Assembly (NCBI GenBank): GCA_965261595.1
Contig: CBDHDG010000005.1
Coordinates: forward strand, 96,001 to 160,000
DNA: 64,000 nucleotides
Reading direction: 5' to 3'
Source: a bacterium
Lineage (GTDB): Bacteria > UBA8248 > JACPRG01 > G963555815
Positions 30,466-38,693 of this stretch are shown here, piece after piece; within the stretch, counting starts at the first letter, position 1, and each line of letters opens with the position of its first letter. The position numbers and the translations under genes were made by a program. The notes under the pieces are model-generated. The model did not search any database. It saw only the letters and a program-made list of their open reading frames with translations, and was not told the DNA's origin.

Positions 30466-31374
30466 TCATGCGGCCTCCGCAACTTGAGCGAGTTTTTCCT
30501 GCCTTGCCTGGGCCGGCGTTCGGTAGCCGTAGCCCTCGAGAATCCAATGATGGTTGTACAGGTTCTTGAACTCAAGCAGCGCCCACCGCAGTTCCTCTAC
30601 GGTGGCGAAAGAGCGCACCCACAGGAGATTCTCCTTCAAGATGCGGATGAACCACTCACAGTAGCCATTTCCCTCGGGCGCCCGCACGAAGCTGGGCGAA
30701 CTGGTCATGCCCAGGTAGGCGATCTCCCGCTGAAAGTCATCGGACAGATAGGCGGGGCCGTGGTCGTGACGAACTTTAAGCCCCTCGGCGACATCCGCCT
30801 CCAAGCCGGCGAAGCGCTCGGCGACCCCCTGCCGGATCGGCTCCAGGGCCTCGAAGCGGTTGCCGCTCTTGGCCGCATGGATCCCCACGCAGTCCACCGA
30901 GCAGTGATCCACCGCCACGAACACCGAGGCCATCCCCTCCTCGGTGGTCACCGTCGTCGTCATGTCCGTGCCCCACATTCGGTCGGGCCGCTCGGTGCGG
31001 ATGGTCCCGTTGTGGGCCTTGGGACCTCGGGGTTTGCCCACCCGGTGGGGGGCCTGAAGCCCCGCCTCCCGCATCAGGCGACGCACCCGCTCCTTGCTGG
31101 TGCGGATGCCCGCGAAGCGCAGCCTCGCCCACACCTTGCGGTAGCCCTCGCCATGGAAGGGAGAGTCCTCCAGGACCTGCCGGATGTGGCCGAGGAGTTC
31201 CGCATCGGTGCACGGGCCCACAGGGCCGCGCTTATTGGGCGTGGGGCGTTCATGAACGGGGACCGCCTCTCGCCGCCGTTGCGCGTAGACCGTGGAGCGC
31301 GCCAAGCCCCAAAGGGCGCACACCCGCTTCAGGCCGTAGGCTCTGCCCGTGGAGGTGAAGCGGGCCTGACTCAT
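30466..31374 (-). CDS. IS3 OrfB DDE transposase
   Basis: Same protein as copy A. Confidence 0.9.
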   Translation of the reverse strand: MSQARFTSTGRAYGLKRVCALWGLARSTVYAQRRREAVPVHERPTPNKRGPVGPCTDAELLGHIRQVLEDSPFHGEGYRKVWARLRFAGIRTSKERVRRLMREAGLQAPHRVGKPRGPKAHNGTIRTERPDRMWGTDMTTTVTTEEGMASVFVAVDHCSVDCVGIHAAKSGNRFEALEPIRQGVAERFAGLEADVAEGLKVRHDHGPAYLSDDFQREIAYLGMTSSPSFVRAPEGNGYCEWFIRILKENLLWVRSFATVEELRWALLEFKNLYNHHWILEGYGYRTPAQARQEKLAQVAEAA

Positions 31375-31757
31375 CGCCTCCACCTCCTGCCGGCTAAAGG
31401 GCGGCCGGCCTCCAGGCGGTCGATCTTCTCCCGCAGGACCTCGCCCTCCATCGTGAGTTCGCCCACCTTGGCCTTGAGCCGGGCGTTCTCCTCGGCCCGC
31501 TCATCCGCCGGGCGGGCTTTGAGCGCCGCCTCGCCCCCGCGAAGGAACGCCTCGCGCCAGGCGGAAAGCCGAGCCGCTGTCGTGCCCAACTCGCGGCAGA
31601 GCGTCTCCAGGCTCTCGCCCCGCAAAAGACGCAGGACCGCCTCCCGCTTGCGCTGGCAGGAGAACCGACCCCGCTCACTGCGATGCCCTGGGGCCTTGGC
31701 TCCGTTCGCCCTGCGGGCGCCCTCCGCCAAAGCCCCCTCTTGCTTTTGTTCGTTCAT
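31371..31757 (-). CDS. IS3 OrfA
   Basis: Same protein as copy A. Confidence 0.85.
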   Translation of the reverse strand: MNEQKQEGALAEGARRANGAKAPGHRSERGRFSCQRKREAVLRLLRGESLETLCRELGTTAARLSAWREAFLRGGEAALKARPADERAEENARLKAKVGELTMEGEVLREKIDRLEAGRPLAGRRWRR

Positions 31758-31960
31758 CGCGACACCCCTTTCTCCATGAATCATGGATCAATCGAGTGTC
31801 CAACAAAACCCTAGAGCGGGGGACTTGCTATACCACTTCACCGCCTGAGCGTAGTCTCGGTCCACACCATGACCGTTTTCGTATTCAATTGAGTCTGTCC
31901 AGCTTCGCTGTAGGTCTCGTCCTATTGGGGTGCGGTCAAAGACCTACCGGCGTTTCCGTT

Positions 31961-32020
31961 TTCAACAAGGCACTGGAGATCAACCCAAAGTATTCTGAGG
32001 CTTACAACAATCGGGGATTA
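31961..32020 (+). pseudogene. TPR fragment
   Basis: FNKALEINPKYSEAYNNRG, a canonical TPR segment with no host gene. Confidence 0.65.
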
Positions 32021-32229
32021 TTAGTTTCGAAAAGGCTATTCTTTCGAAGCAACGCTTGTAAGAATTTCTTTCTAATTCGCGCTACTTTATCCTAAGATCA
32101 CAAGAAATGTCGTGATGGAATACAAGAAAATGAATTTCACCCAACGCGAAAACACAGGTCTCCGGTTGGGGTCCCAGGGTCAGTTCTCGACTTCATACAA
32201 TTGTCAGCGCCGGGAGGATTGTCGGTATC

Positions 32230-32302
32230 CGTTGCCCCCGGCGCCTCGATTCATCACGTGATACCAGGCGCCCTCGTACATCATCCGGAGTGATCGGGCC
32301 AT
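32230..32302 (-). pseudogene. RAYT (Y1 tyrosine transposase) N-terminal remnant
   Basis: MARSLRMMYEGAWYHVMNRG, preceded by GGGGTC and TTGACA. Confidence 0.7.
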
Positions 32303-32349
32303 AGACACGGGCACTCATATGATTGTCTCTTGTCAATACTGGACCCCAA

Positions 32350-32473
32350 TTCCACGTCTTAGAGGCCGCGGAGAGCAGGGGAGTTTCGACGACTCGATCG
32401 CCCGGGCGAATCGCGTCGCATTTTCTTCCTGGAACAGAATCGCCAGGACAGCGAACGTGTCCACCATGCTCAT
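32350..32473 (-). pseudogene. vapC: VapC (PIN) toxin, truncated
   Basis: MSMVDTFAVLAILFQEENA..F..AI; ATGA overlap with vapB; breaks at the RAYT remnant. Confidence 0.7.
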
Positions 32474-32709
32474 TTGGGCAAACCATGCTTGTCGTAAAGA
32501 ATTCCTTCGGGCGTCCAGGTATCGAGCGTCGGCTGGGACGCGCAGCGCCGACCGATTTCCATCAACCACTCGGCAACGCCCGCGCGGTTCCGCCCTTGGA
32601 ACTGGCGATCCAAACGTTTCTCCATCGCCTTGGTCTTGGTCTCGCCGGTCAAACGCACGAACTCCTCGGCCAAACGGCAGGTCGCTTCATTCTTGATGTT
32701 CAGGCCGAT
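32470..32709 (-). pseudogene. vapB: VapB antitoxin (Rv0623-like) with a degraded start codon (ATC)
   Basis: GLNIKNEATCRLA..RLTGETKT...ILYDKHGLPK. Confidence 0.75.
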
Positions 32710-32863
32710 TCCGATTCTACCATCTCCACGGCCGTTACGCCAAAACCCCGGGGCCGCGGCAAGGGGCGGCAAAAATCAACGATTAAGTCCTTTACCTTTT
32801 CCGCCGAAATGTAAATGGATAAACTTTGGCATCCGTTCGTTCAGTTCGCGCGGAGAGGGCGCA

Positions 32864-33349
32864 ATGCCGTTTACGATCTTCATCAGTAATAGGCCGGGTG
32901 ACATCGACGTCGTTCGGTTCATCGCGTCACAGCTTCAATTGGGCGGGCAAAGACCCCTCATTGCGCATGAGGACCGGCCCCTGAAAGCGGCCCGATCCCT
33001 TCCGAAAATAGTCCGCGAGCGGATTCTGGAGTCCGGGTGCGTCCTGGCGTTGATCTCGAATCAGGGGTCCCAATCGGACCTTGTTCGTCAGGAGGTCGAA
33101 TTCGCGTCCGACAAAAGGCCGATCATCCCCATCGTGCGAGGATCGGTTTCCGCGTCCGGATTGGATTTCCTGCGGGACGCGCAAATCATTCGCTTTTCAG
33201 CCCGGGAGCTCAATCCGTCTTTGGAAGGGCTGATTTCCTGGACGCCCCAAATATCCGTTAAAGGGCGGCCGACGGAAGCCCTCAGACAAATCGCCTTCCT
33301 CACCCTCGGCGCGTTGATGACCTGGCGCATGAGCGGACAACGGGGATGA
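32864..33349 (+). CDS. TIR-domain protein with a hydrophobic C-terminal tail
   Basis: IFISN, CVLALIS, SDLVRQEVEFA (catalytic-type Glu), IIPIV; tail IAFLTLGALMTW; GGAGAGG RBS. Confidence 0.75.
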   Translation: MPFTIFISNRPGDIDVVRFIASQLQLGGQRPLIAHEDRPLKAARSLPKIVRERILESGCVLALISNQGSQSDLVRQEVEFASDKRPIIPIVRGSVSASGLDFLRDAQIIRFSARELNPSLEGLISWTPQISVKGRPTEALRQIAFLTLGALMTWRMSGQRG

Positions 33350-33476
33350 ACGGGGTTCCACCGCGACGGACCCACCCGAAAACCCGTCCTTTCGCGATTG
33401 GAAGAAGGGCGTTACACTAAGCGGCGGCGCTCACCCCGATTCCAATGGGACTTATATATTTGGGTTAATATTGGGC

Positions 33477-33505
33477 TTGACGGAGTTATCGGGCCGCCAT
33501 AACAT
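33477..33505 (+). promoter_or_regulatory. Sigma70 promoter inside the cassette's left end
   Basis: TTGACG-17-TAACAT. Confidence 0.55.
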
Positions 33506-33619
33506 GAAAGGCGACACGAGTAGTGTACAAGACGATTGCAAGCCGAGTGAAACGTGTTCCCTCTGGGAAACACGGCGCGTATTCACCCGTTCAGGGACAA
33601 TCTTCACCGCAAACCGACC

Positions 33620-34060
33620 ATGACCGATCCGGAAATGGAAATTCTACTCAATGATGAATCGAAGAGAATTAACGGCGACATTGTGTGGGGCGGAGACGAG
33701 GACCATTCTCCTGCCGTGCAGTTTTCGGTTGATATCGAATCAGACGACGAATTTCCTCTTGTTGCAAAAGGATGGCACAACCCAGCATCTCAAAAACTTA
33801 ATTACACGATTATTGTTCGACCGGTTGGAAGAATTTATGCACTCGACTTAGGGCAGGAGCATAGAGATTCCAAGGGAGACCGGCACAAACACTATTGGAC
33901 AGAATTGAGGCAAGCTCGGAATACGTACGTGCCAGAAGATATAACGGCCACATCTAATCAGGTAATTGATGCGTGGAATCAATTCTGCACGGAAGCGAAA
34001 CTCCAGCATGCAGGAAGCATGATCTATCCCGCCATTCCCCAGATGGTATTAGGGCTTTAG
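33620..34060 (+). CDS. DUF6978-like protein
   Basis: KRINGDIVW, RIYALDLG..H, HKHYW, W.QFC.EAKL.H; sits directly upstream of a DUF1828-like gene. Confidence 0.65.
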   Translation: MTDPEMEILLNDESKRINGDIVWGGDEDHSPAVQFSVDIESDDEFPLVAKGWHNPASQKLNYTIIVRPVGRIYALDLGQEHRDSKGDRHKHYWTELRQARNTYVPEDITATSNQVIDAWNQFCTEAKLQHAGSMIYPAIPQMVLGL

Positions 34061-34062
34061 TA

Positions 34063-34829
34063 ATGGCGACTCCGTGTGAACAAATTGCCGCTAGCATGGG
34101 TGCACTTTTCGAATGCTCGCAGATCAACAGGTATACGCGCATCAGAACACCGTTTCTGTATCCAGACGGAGATGTGATTGACCTTTATTGGGATGAACAA
34201 GACGGAAACATTACCATAACCGACCTTGGGGGATCGCTTGGATGGCTTTCCATGCAAACCGCAAGCCCCAAAAGACTGCCAAACAAAGACGGCTCATTCA
34301 AGATATATGTACGAATCATGGCATTGAGCAATATCGGGGTATGCTGATGCTTCGAGTTAAGCCGGGAGATGATGTTGCGGACAAGGTTTCAAGACTTTCT
34401 CAAGCAGTAATTAGAGTGACCGATTTATGGTTTACTTTTAGGCATCGAGCGGTTCAGTCAATTACCGATGAAGTAGGGGAATTTTTGGGGGAGAAGTCGA
34501 TAAGATATGACCGAGGGGAACGGTTGCCTGGAAGATCGGGCAATATTTGGAAGGTAGATTTCCACACCCGGACAGCATCCAAGAGTTCACTTGTTAATGT
34601 GCTTTGCTCTGGAAGCAAGGCGGCCGCCCATAAGGTGACTGAGCATATCGTGACACTCTGGCACGACCTGAGCCACCTTAACCTGGGGGAAGAATCATTG
34701 CAGTTCGTTTCGCTCCTTGACGATACAGTAGATGTTTGGACGGATGAAGATATCAAATTGGTATCGGAACTCTCAGACTTATCTTATTGGAGCAGACCCG
34801 ACGAATTTGCGGAAAGATTAGTGGCCTGA
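34063..34829 (+). pseudogene. DUF1828/DUF1829-like protein, frameshifted near 34270
   Basis: RIRTPFLYPDGDVIDLY, ITDLG, then after a 1-nt deletion TAKQRRLI...LPGRSGNIWKVDF...FVSLLDDT. Confidence 0.75.
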
Positions 34830-35030
34830 TTTCCTTCCTACATCTTGTGGTCAGTTAATGTGAAGGCGGGATCTACATATGGTGGCTCACTGTGTCAAGG
34901 GCATAATCACGAAAGAAATGAATGAGAAAGAACAGGATCGCCCCGAGCAAGACTTGGTATTCAGGCTAAAATTGCAAGCCAATCCGGCATTAACCCAAAT
35001 ATATAAGTCCCATTCCAATCAGGGCGGTTT

Positions 35031-36047
35031 ATGAAACTCGGCATCGACCTCGACGGCCGCATTCCCATTTCGGACATGGTGGAGATGTGCCAAGTCGCCG
35101 ACGCGGCGGGGTTCCACTCCGTCTGGGCGGACCAGCACCTGGGCTACCGGGACGCGGTCTCGACCTCCGTCGCCTTCCTCGGCGCGACGAAACACGTGCG
35201 GGTCGTCCCCACCGCCCTCAGCCCCTACGTCGCCCACCCCCTCTACTGGGCCATGGGCGTCGCCACCCTGGCCGAGTGCGCACCGGGCCGGATCGCGCTG
35301 TGCGCCGGGACGGGCAACCCGAACGTCATGGCCGAGATGGGTCTGTCGCCCAAGAAACCCCTCGCCTCCATGCGAGAGATGATCACCGCCACCCGGCGGC
35401 TCTGGGACGCCGGCCGGCAGCGCGTCGAGTTTCGCGGCGAGACGCTGAACCTTTACGGCGCTCACATCGATTTCGACCTCCCGGAGGCGAGAATTCCCAT
35501 CTACCTGGCGGCCGTGGGACCGAAGATGTATCGGCTCGCCGGGGAGGCGGCCGACGGCGTCGTCCTTTCCGCCGGGGTCTCCGCGCCTTACATTCAGTGG
35601 GTGCTGGAGCAGGTCGAAAAGGGCCGAAGGAAGCGGGACGGCGGCGGGGGGGGCGGCGCCGGGAACGGCTTCCTGGTCGCGGGGCTGATCGTGACCTCGA
35701 TCTTCGAGACGTATGAAGAGGCGCTTGCGGCCAGTCAGGCCGGTCTCGCCTACCTCCTCCGGAACCCGGCCCTCAAGGCGAGCCACGAAGTCAGCGGGGC
35801 GAAACTGGACCTGGACGCCATCAACGACGCCTTCGTTAAAGAGGACCGGGAGGCGATCCGGCGGCTCATCCCCGAGGAGGTCGTCCACGCGTACAGCGTC
35901 ACCGGAACGCCCGAGATGGCGGCGGACCGAATCACGGAGTTCATCGATGCGGGTCTCGAGGTCCCCGTCCTGGCCTTGCGCGGGACGGCGGAAGAGAGGA
36001 AAAAGGCCCTGCGGCTTTTGGCCGATGGGCTCGCATCCAACCCATAA
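35031..36047 (+). CDS. LLM-class flavin-dependent oxidoreductase
   Basis: AGFHSVWADQH, ATLAECAPGR, PIYLAAVGPKM..LAGEAADGV. Confidence 0.92.
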   Translation: MKLGIDLDGRIPISDMVEMCQVADAAGFHSVWADQHLGYRDAVSTSVAFLGATKHVRVVPTALSPYVAHPLYWAMGVATLAECAPGRIALCAGTGNPNVMAEMGLSPKKPLASMREMITATRRLWDAGRQRVEFRGETLNLYGAHIDFDLPEARIPIYLAAVGPKMYRLAGEAADGVVLSAGVSAPYIQWVLEQVEKGRRKRDGGGGGGAGNGFLVAGLIVTSIFETYEEALAASQAGLAYLLRNPALKASHEVSGAKLDLDAINDAFVKEDREAIRRLIPEEVVHAYSVTGTPEMAADRITEFIDAGLEVPVLALRGTAEERKKALRLLADGLASNP

Positions 36048-36062
36048 GGGAGGGCGATTTTC

Positions 36063-36530
36063 ATGAGCGACGGGCACGAAAAATTCCTGGCGATGGCTAT
36101 CGAGGAGGCGCGCAAGGGACTACAGAAGGGAGAGCAGCCTTTCGGCTCGGTCATCGTCCGCAACGGGGAGGTCGTCGGCCGGGCCTACAACACCGTCAAC
36201 TCCTCCGGGGACCCGACGACCCACGCGGAAACGTCCGCCGTTCGCGACGCTTCAGCCAACCTGAAGGGTTCCGACTGGAAGGAGTGCACCCTCTACACCT
36301 CGTGCGACCCCTGCCCGATGTGCTGCGGGGCGACGCTGTTTTCCGGCATCGAGCGGCTGGTCATAGGCGCGCGCTCCGCGAAACTGGCGGAGATCCGGGG
36401 CCAATCCCCGAGGACCTACTCCGCCGAGAACCTCGCCGGGCAGATGCACATGAAGCTCGAGGTCATCCGGGGGGTTTTGCAAACCGAGGCCGAGGAGGTC
36501 CTGGCGAAATTCGACTGGTCCACATTGTAG
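36063..36530 (+). CDS. Zinc-dependent nucleoside/nucleobase deaminase, copy 1
   Basis: PFGSVIV, DPTTHAE, CDPCPMC. Confidence 0.92.
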   Translation: MSDGHEKFLAMAIEEARKGLQKGEQPFGSVIVRNGEVVGRAYNTVNSSGDPTTHAETSAVRDASANLKGSDWKECTLYTSCDPCPMCCGATLFSGIERLVIGARSAKLAEIRGQSPRTYSAENLAGQMHMKLEVIRGVLQTEAEEVLAKFDWSTL

Positions 36531-36596
36531 GGTGCTGTCCGCGCTGGGAGGCGACGCTCTACAGATGGCCGTGAAAGACTTACGCGCGTCGTATCC

Positions 36597-36708
36597 GGGC
36601 GGGCATCTTGCCCGGCCCAAAGACTTAAGGACGCATGAGAAACATGACACCCCCTCGGATCTATCCGGTTCCAAGACATCGGGCAGCGAAGACAGGAGAA
36701 TCCCCATG
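36597..36708 (+). repeat. Conserved leader unit 1 (hybrid REP hairpin, leader, RBS)
   Basis: GGGCATCTTGCCCGGCCCAAAGACTTAAGGACGCATGAGAAACATGACACCC...ACAGGAGAATCCCCATG. Confidence 0.9.
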
Positions 36709-37350
36709 AGCGTCGACCACGAGAAGTTCATGGCCCTGGCCGTCGAGGAGTCGCGGGCCGGGCTCCGGGCGGGCGACCGGCCCTTCGGGTCCGTCGTCGT
36801 CCGGGACGGGGAGGTCGTCGGGCGCGCATACGCCAATCCCCGCTCGACCGGGGACCCGACGGCGCACGCGGAGGTGATGGCCATTCGCGACGCGGCGGCG
36901 AACCTGAAAAGCCTGTCCCTGAAGGGCTGCACCCTCTACACCTCGTGCGACCCCTGCCCGATGTGCTGCGGCGCCATACTCTTTTCCGGCATCGACACCC
37001 TCGTCGTAGGGGCCCGCTCCGCCGCCCTGGCGCGCATCTCCAATCGAACCCCGAGAACTTACACGGCCGAAGGCCTCAGCGAACAGATGAACATGACACT
37101 CGAGGTCATCCGGGGGATTTTGGAGACCGAGGCCAAGAAAGTCCTGGAAGAATTCGGCTGGTCCAAGGAGATAGGGTGCTGTCCGCGCAATTTATCAATG
37201 ATCGTGAAAGGCTTACGCGCGTCGTATCCGGGCGGGCAAGGGGTCAACCGACCCGCTGCCCGCCCTACCGGATATTGGAAGAGTCAGCCCGTACACGGCC
37301 CGGTAGGCCGGGCATCCTGCCCGGCGCCAACTCGCACCCCGATTCGGTAG
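36706..37350 (+). CDS. Zinc-dependent deaminase, copy 2 (ancestral stop at 37172-37174 now out of frame)
   Basis: DPTAHAEVMA, CDPCPMC; homology ends at FGWSKE about 37170 and the frame reads on through the REP spacer. Confidence 0.88.
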   Translation: MSVDHEKFMALAVEESRAGLRAGDRPFGSVVVRDGEVVGRAYANPRSTGDPTAHAEVMAIRDAAANLKSLSLKGCTLYTSCDPCPMCCGAILFSGIDTLVVGARSAALARISNRTPRTYTAEGLSEQMNMTLEVIRGILETEAKKVLEEFGWSKEIGCCPRNLSMIVKGLRASYPGGQGVNRPAARPTGYWKSQPVHGPVGRASCPAPTRTPIR

Positions 37351-37460
37351 GCCGGGCATCCTGCCCGGCCCAAAGTGTAAGGGCGTATGAGAAACATGAC
37401 ACCCCTTCGGATCCACCCGGTTCCAAAACATCGACCACCGGAAACAGGAGAATCCCCATG
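37303..37460 (+). repeat. Two GTAG-type REP hairpins plus conserved leader unit 2
   Basis: GTAGGCCGGGCATCCTGCCCGGC at 37303-37325 and 37347-37369, then the same leader. Confidence 0.9.
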
Positions 37461-37958
37461 AGCGTCGACCACGAGAAGTTCATGGCCCTGGCCATCGAGG
37501 AATCCCGCGCCGCCGTCCGGAGCGGAGAGCGGCCCTTCGGGTCGGTCATCGTCCGGGACGGAGAGGTCGTGGGCCGGGGCCGCAACATCGTCAACTCCAC
37601 CGGAGACCCCACGGCCCACGCGGAGACCTCGGCCATCCGCGACGCGGCGGCCAACCTCAAGACCCCAAAATTGACCGGGTGCACCCTCTACACCTCGTGC
37701 CACCCCTGTCCCATGTGCGCCGGCGCCACGCTTTGGTCCGGGGCGGGGACCATCGTCATCGGCGCGAGCCCGGCCGCCCTCAAGCGCGAATCCGGAGCGA
37801 TTTACGACATGAACGATTACACCATCGAGCGCGTCGTCGAGCTGATCGGCCTGGACCTGGAGGTCGTCAACGGGGTGCTGGAAGAGGAAGCCGAGGCCGT
37901 CTTCCGGGAGTACAAGGACTGGGGCGACGCCTCGCCCAATGTCCTCCGGTCGGAATAG
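37458..37958 (+). CDS. Zinc-dependent deaminase, copy 3
   Basis: DPTAHAETSA, CHPCPMC. Confidence 0.92.
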   Translation: MSVDHEKFMALAIEESRAAVRSGERPFGSVIVRDGEVVGRGRNIVNSTGDPTAHAETSAIRDAAANLKTPKLTGCTLYTSCHPCPMCAGATLWSGAGTIVIGASPAALKRESGAIYDMNDYTIERVVELIGLDLEVVNGVLEEEAEAVFREYKDWGDASPNVLRSE

Positions 37959-38003
37959 CGCCTCGCCCTGCCTGTTTTGAAAACACCGCTTGTCCACCGG
38001 CCG

Positions 38004-38161
38004 GCAGGCCGGGCATCTTGCCCGGCGCCAACTCGCAACCCGATCGGTAGGCCGGGCATCCTGCCCGGCCCAAAGACTTAAGGACGCATGAGAAACATGA
38101 CACCCACGCGGATCTATCCGGTTCCAAAACATCGGACAGCGAAGACAGGAGCATCCCCGTG
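38004..38161 (+). repeat. Two REP hairpins plus conserved leader unit 3
   Basis: GCAGGCCGGGCATCTTGCCCGGC at 38004-38026 and GTAGGCCGGGCATCCTGCCCGGC at 38047-38069, then the same leader. Confidence 0.9.
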
Positions 38162-38656
38162 AGCGGCGATCACGAAAAATTCATGGCCCTGGCCATTCAG
38201 GAAGCGGAGGACGGCGTGAAGGAGGGGCACCTGCCTTACGGGGGCGTCATCGTCAAGGACGGCGAGGTCCTCGGCCGGGGGAAAAGCGTCGGCATCTCCC
38301 TGAAGGATCCCACGTGCCACGCGGAGATGATGGCGATCCGGGAGGCGGCGAAGAAGATGCGCTCGGGGGACATGCGAGGCTGCGTCCTGTACGCCAACTG
38401 CGACCCCTGTCCCATGTGCGCCGGCGCCGCCATCTACTCCGGCGTCGGAACCGTCGTCATCGGCGCGGGACCCGAGGCCCTGCGGCGCTGCTCCAACGGG
38501 CGGTATGACCTGGGGGACTACACCATCGAACGGCTCGTCGGGCTGACGGGCATGAATGTGAAGGTCATCCGCGGGGTCCTGGAGGAAAGGGCCGAAGCCG
38601 TCTTCAAGGACTTCGGCGACTGGGACATCGCCGCGCCCCCCGATCCAACCGCGTGA
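38159..38656 (+). CDS. Zinc-dependent deaminase, copy 4
   Basis: PYGGVIV, DPTCHAEMMA, CDPCPMC; GTG start. Confidence 0.92.
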   Translation: MSGDHEKFMALAIQEAEDGVKEGHLPYGGVIVKDGEVLGRGKSVGISLKDPTCHAEMMAIREAAKKMRSGDMRGCVLYANCDPCPMCAGAAIYSGVGTVVIGAGPEALRRCSNGRYDLGDYTIERLVGLTGMNVKVIRGVLEERAEAVFKDFGDWDIAAPPDPTA

Positions 38657-38693
38657 TTTCCCCGTAGACTCTTCTCTTTGCGAAAACCTCGGG

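Larger units (their letters stand above)
30420..31823 (-). mobile_element. IS3-family element, copy B (1404 bp), TSD CTTG
   Basis: CTTG at 30416-30419 and 31824-31827. Confidence 0.95.
30252..31884 (-). pseudogene. Sel1-repeat protein fragment, split by IS3 and cut by IS1380
   Basis: YENGHGVDRDYAQAVKWYSK|AALKGHALGQSNLGAMYDKGRGVDRDYAQAVKWYRKSALKGHALGQHNLGVMYFN rejoins in frame across the IS. Confidence 0.85.
33447..35011. mobile_element. Non-autonomous TIR-bounded cassette (1565 bp), IS1595-like ends, 8-bp TSD
   Basis: Perfect 23-bp inverted repeats GGGACTTATATATTTGGGTTAAT (33447-33469 and 34989-35011); ATTCCAAT at 33439-33446 and 35012-35019; no transposase; visibly more AT-rich than the flanks. 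Confidence 0.9.

Noticed and set aside
36528..38161. Repeats as a CRISPR array or integron attC sites
   Set aside because: The units separate full genes, there are no equal-length unique spacers, cas genes or intI, and no attC-type RYYYAAC/GTTRRRY ends were seen; the hairpins fit REPs
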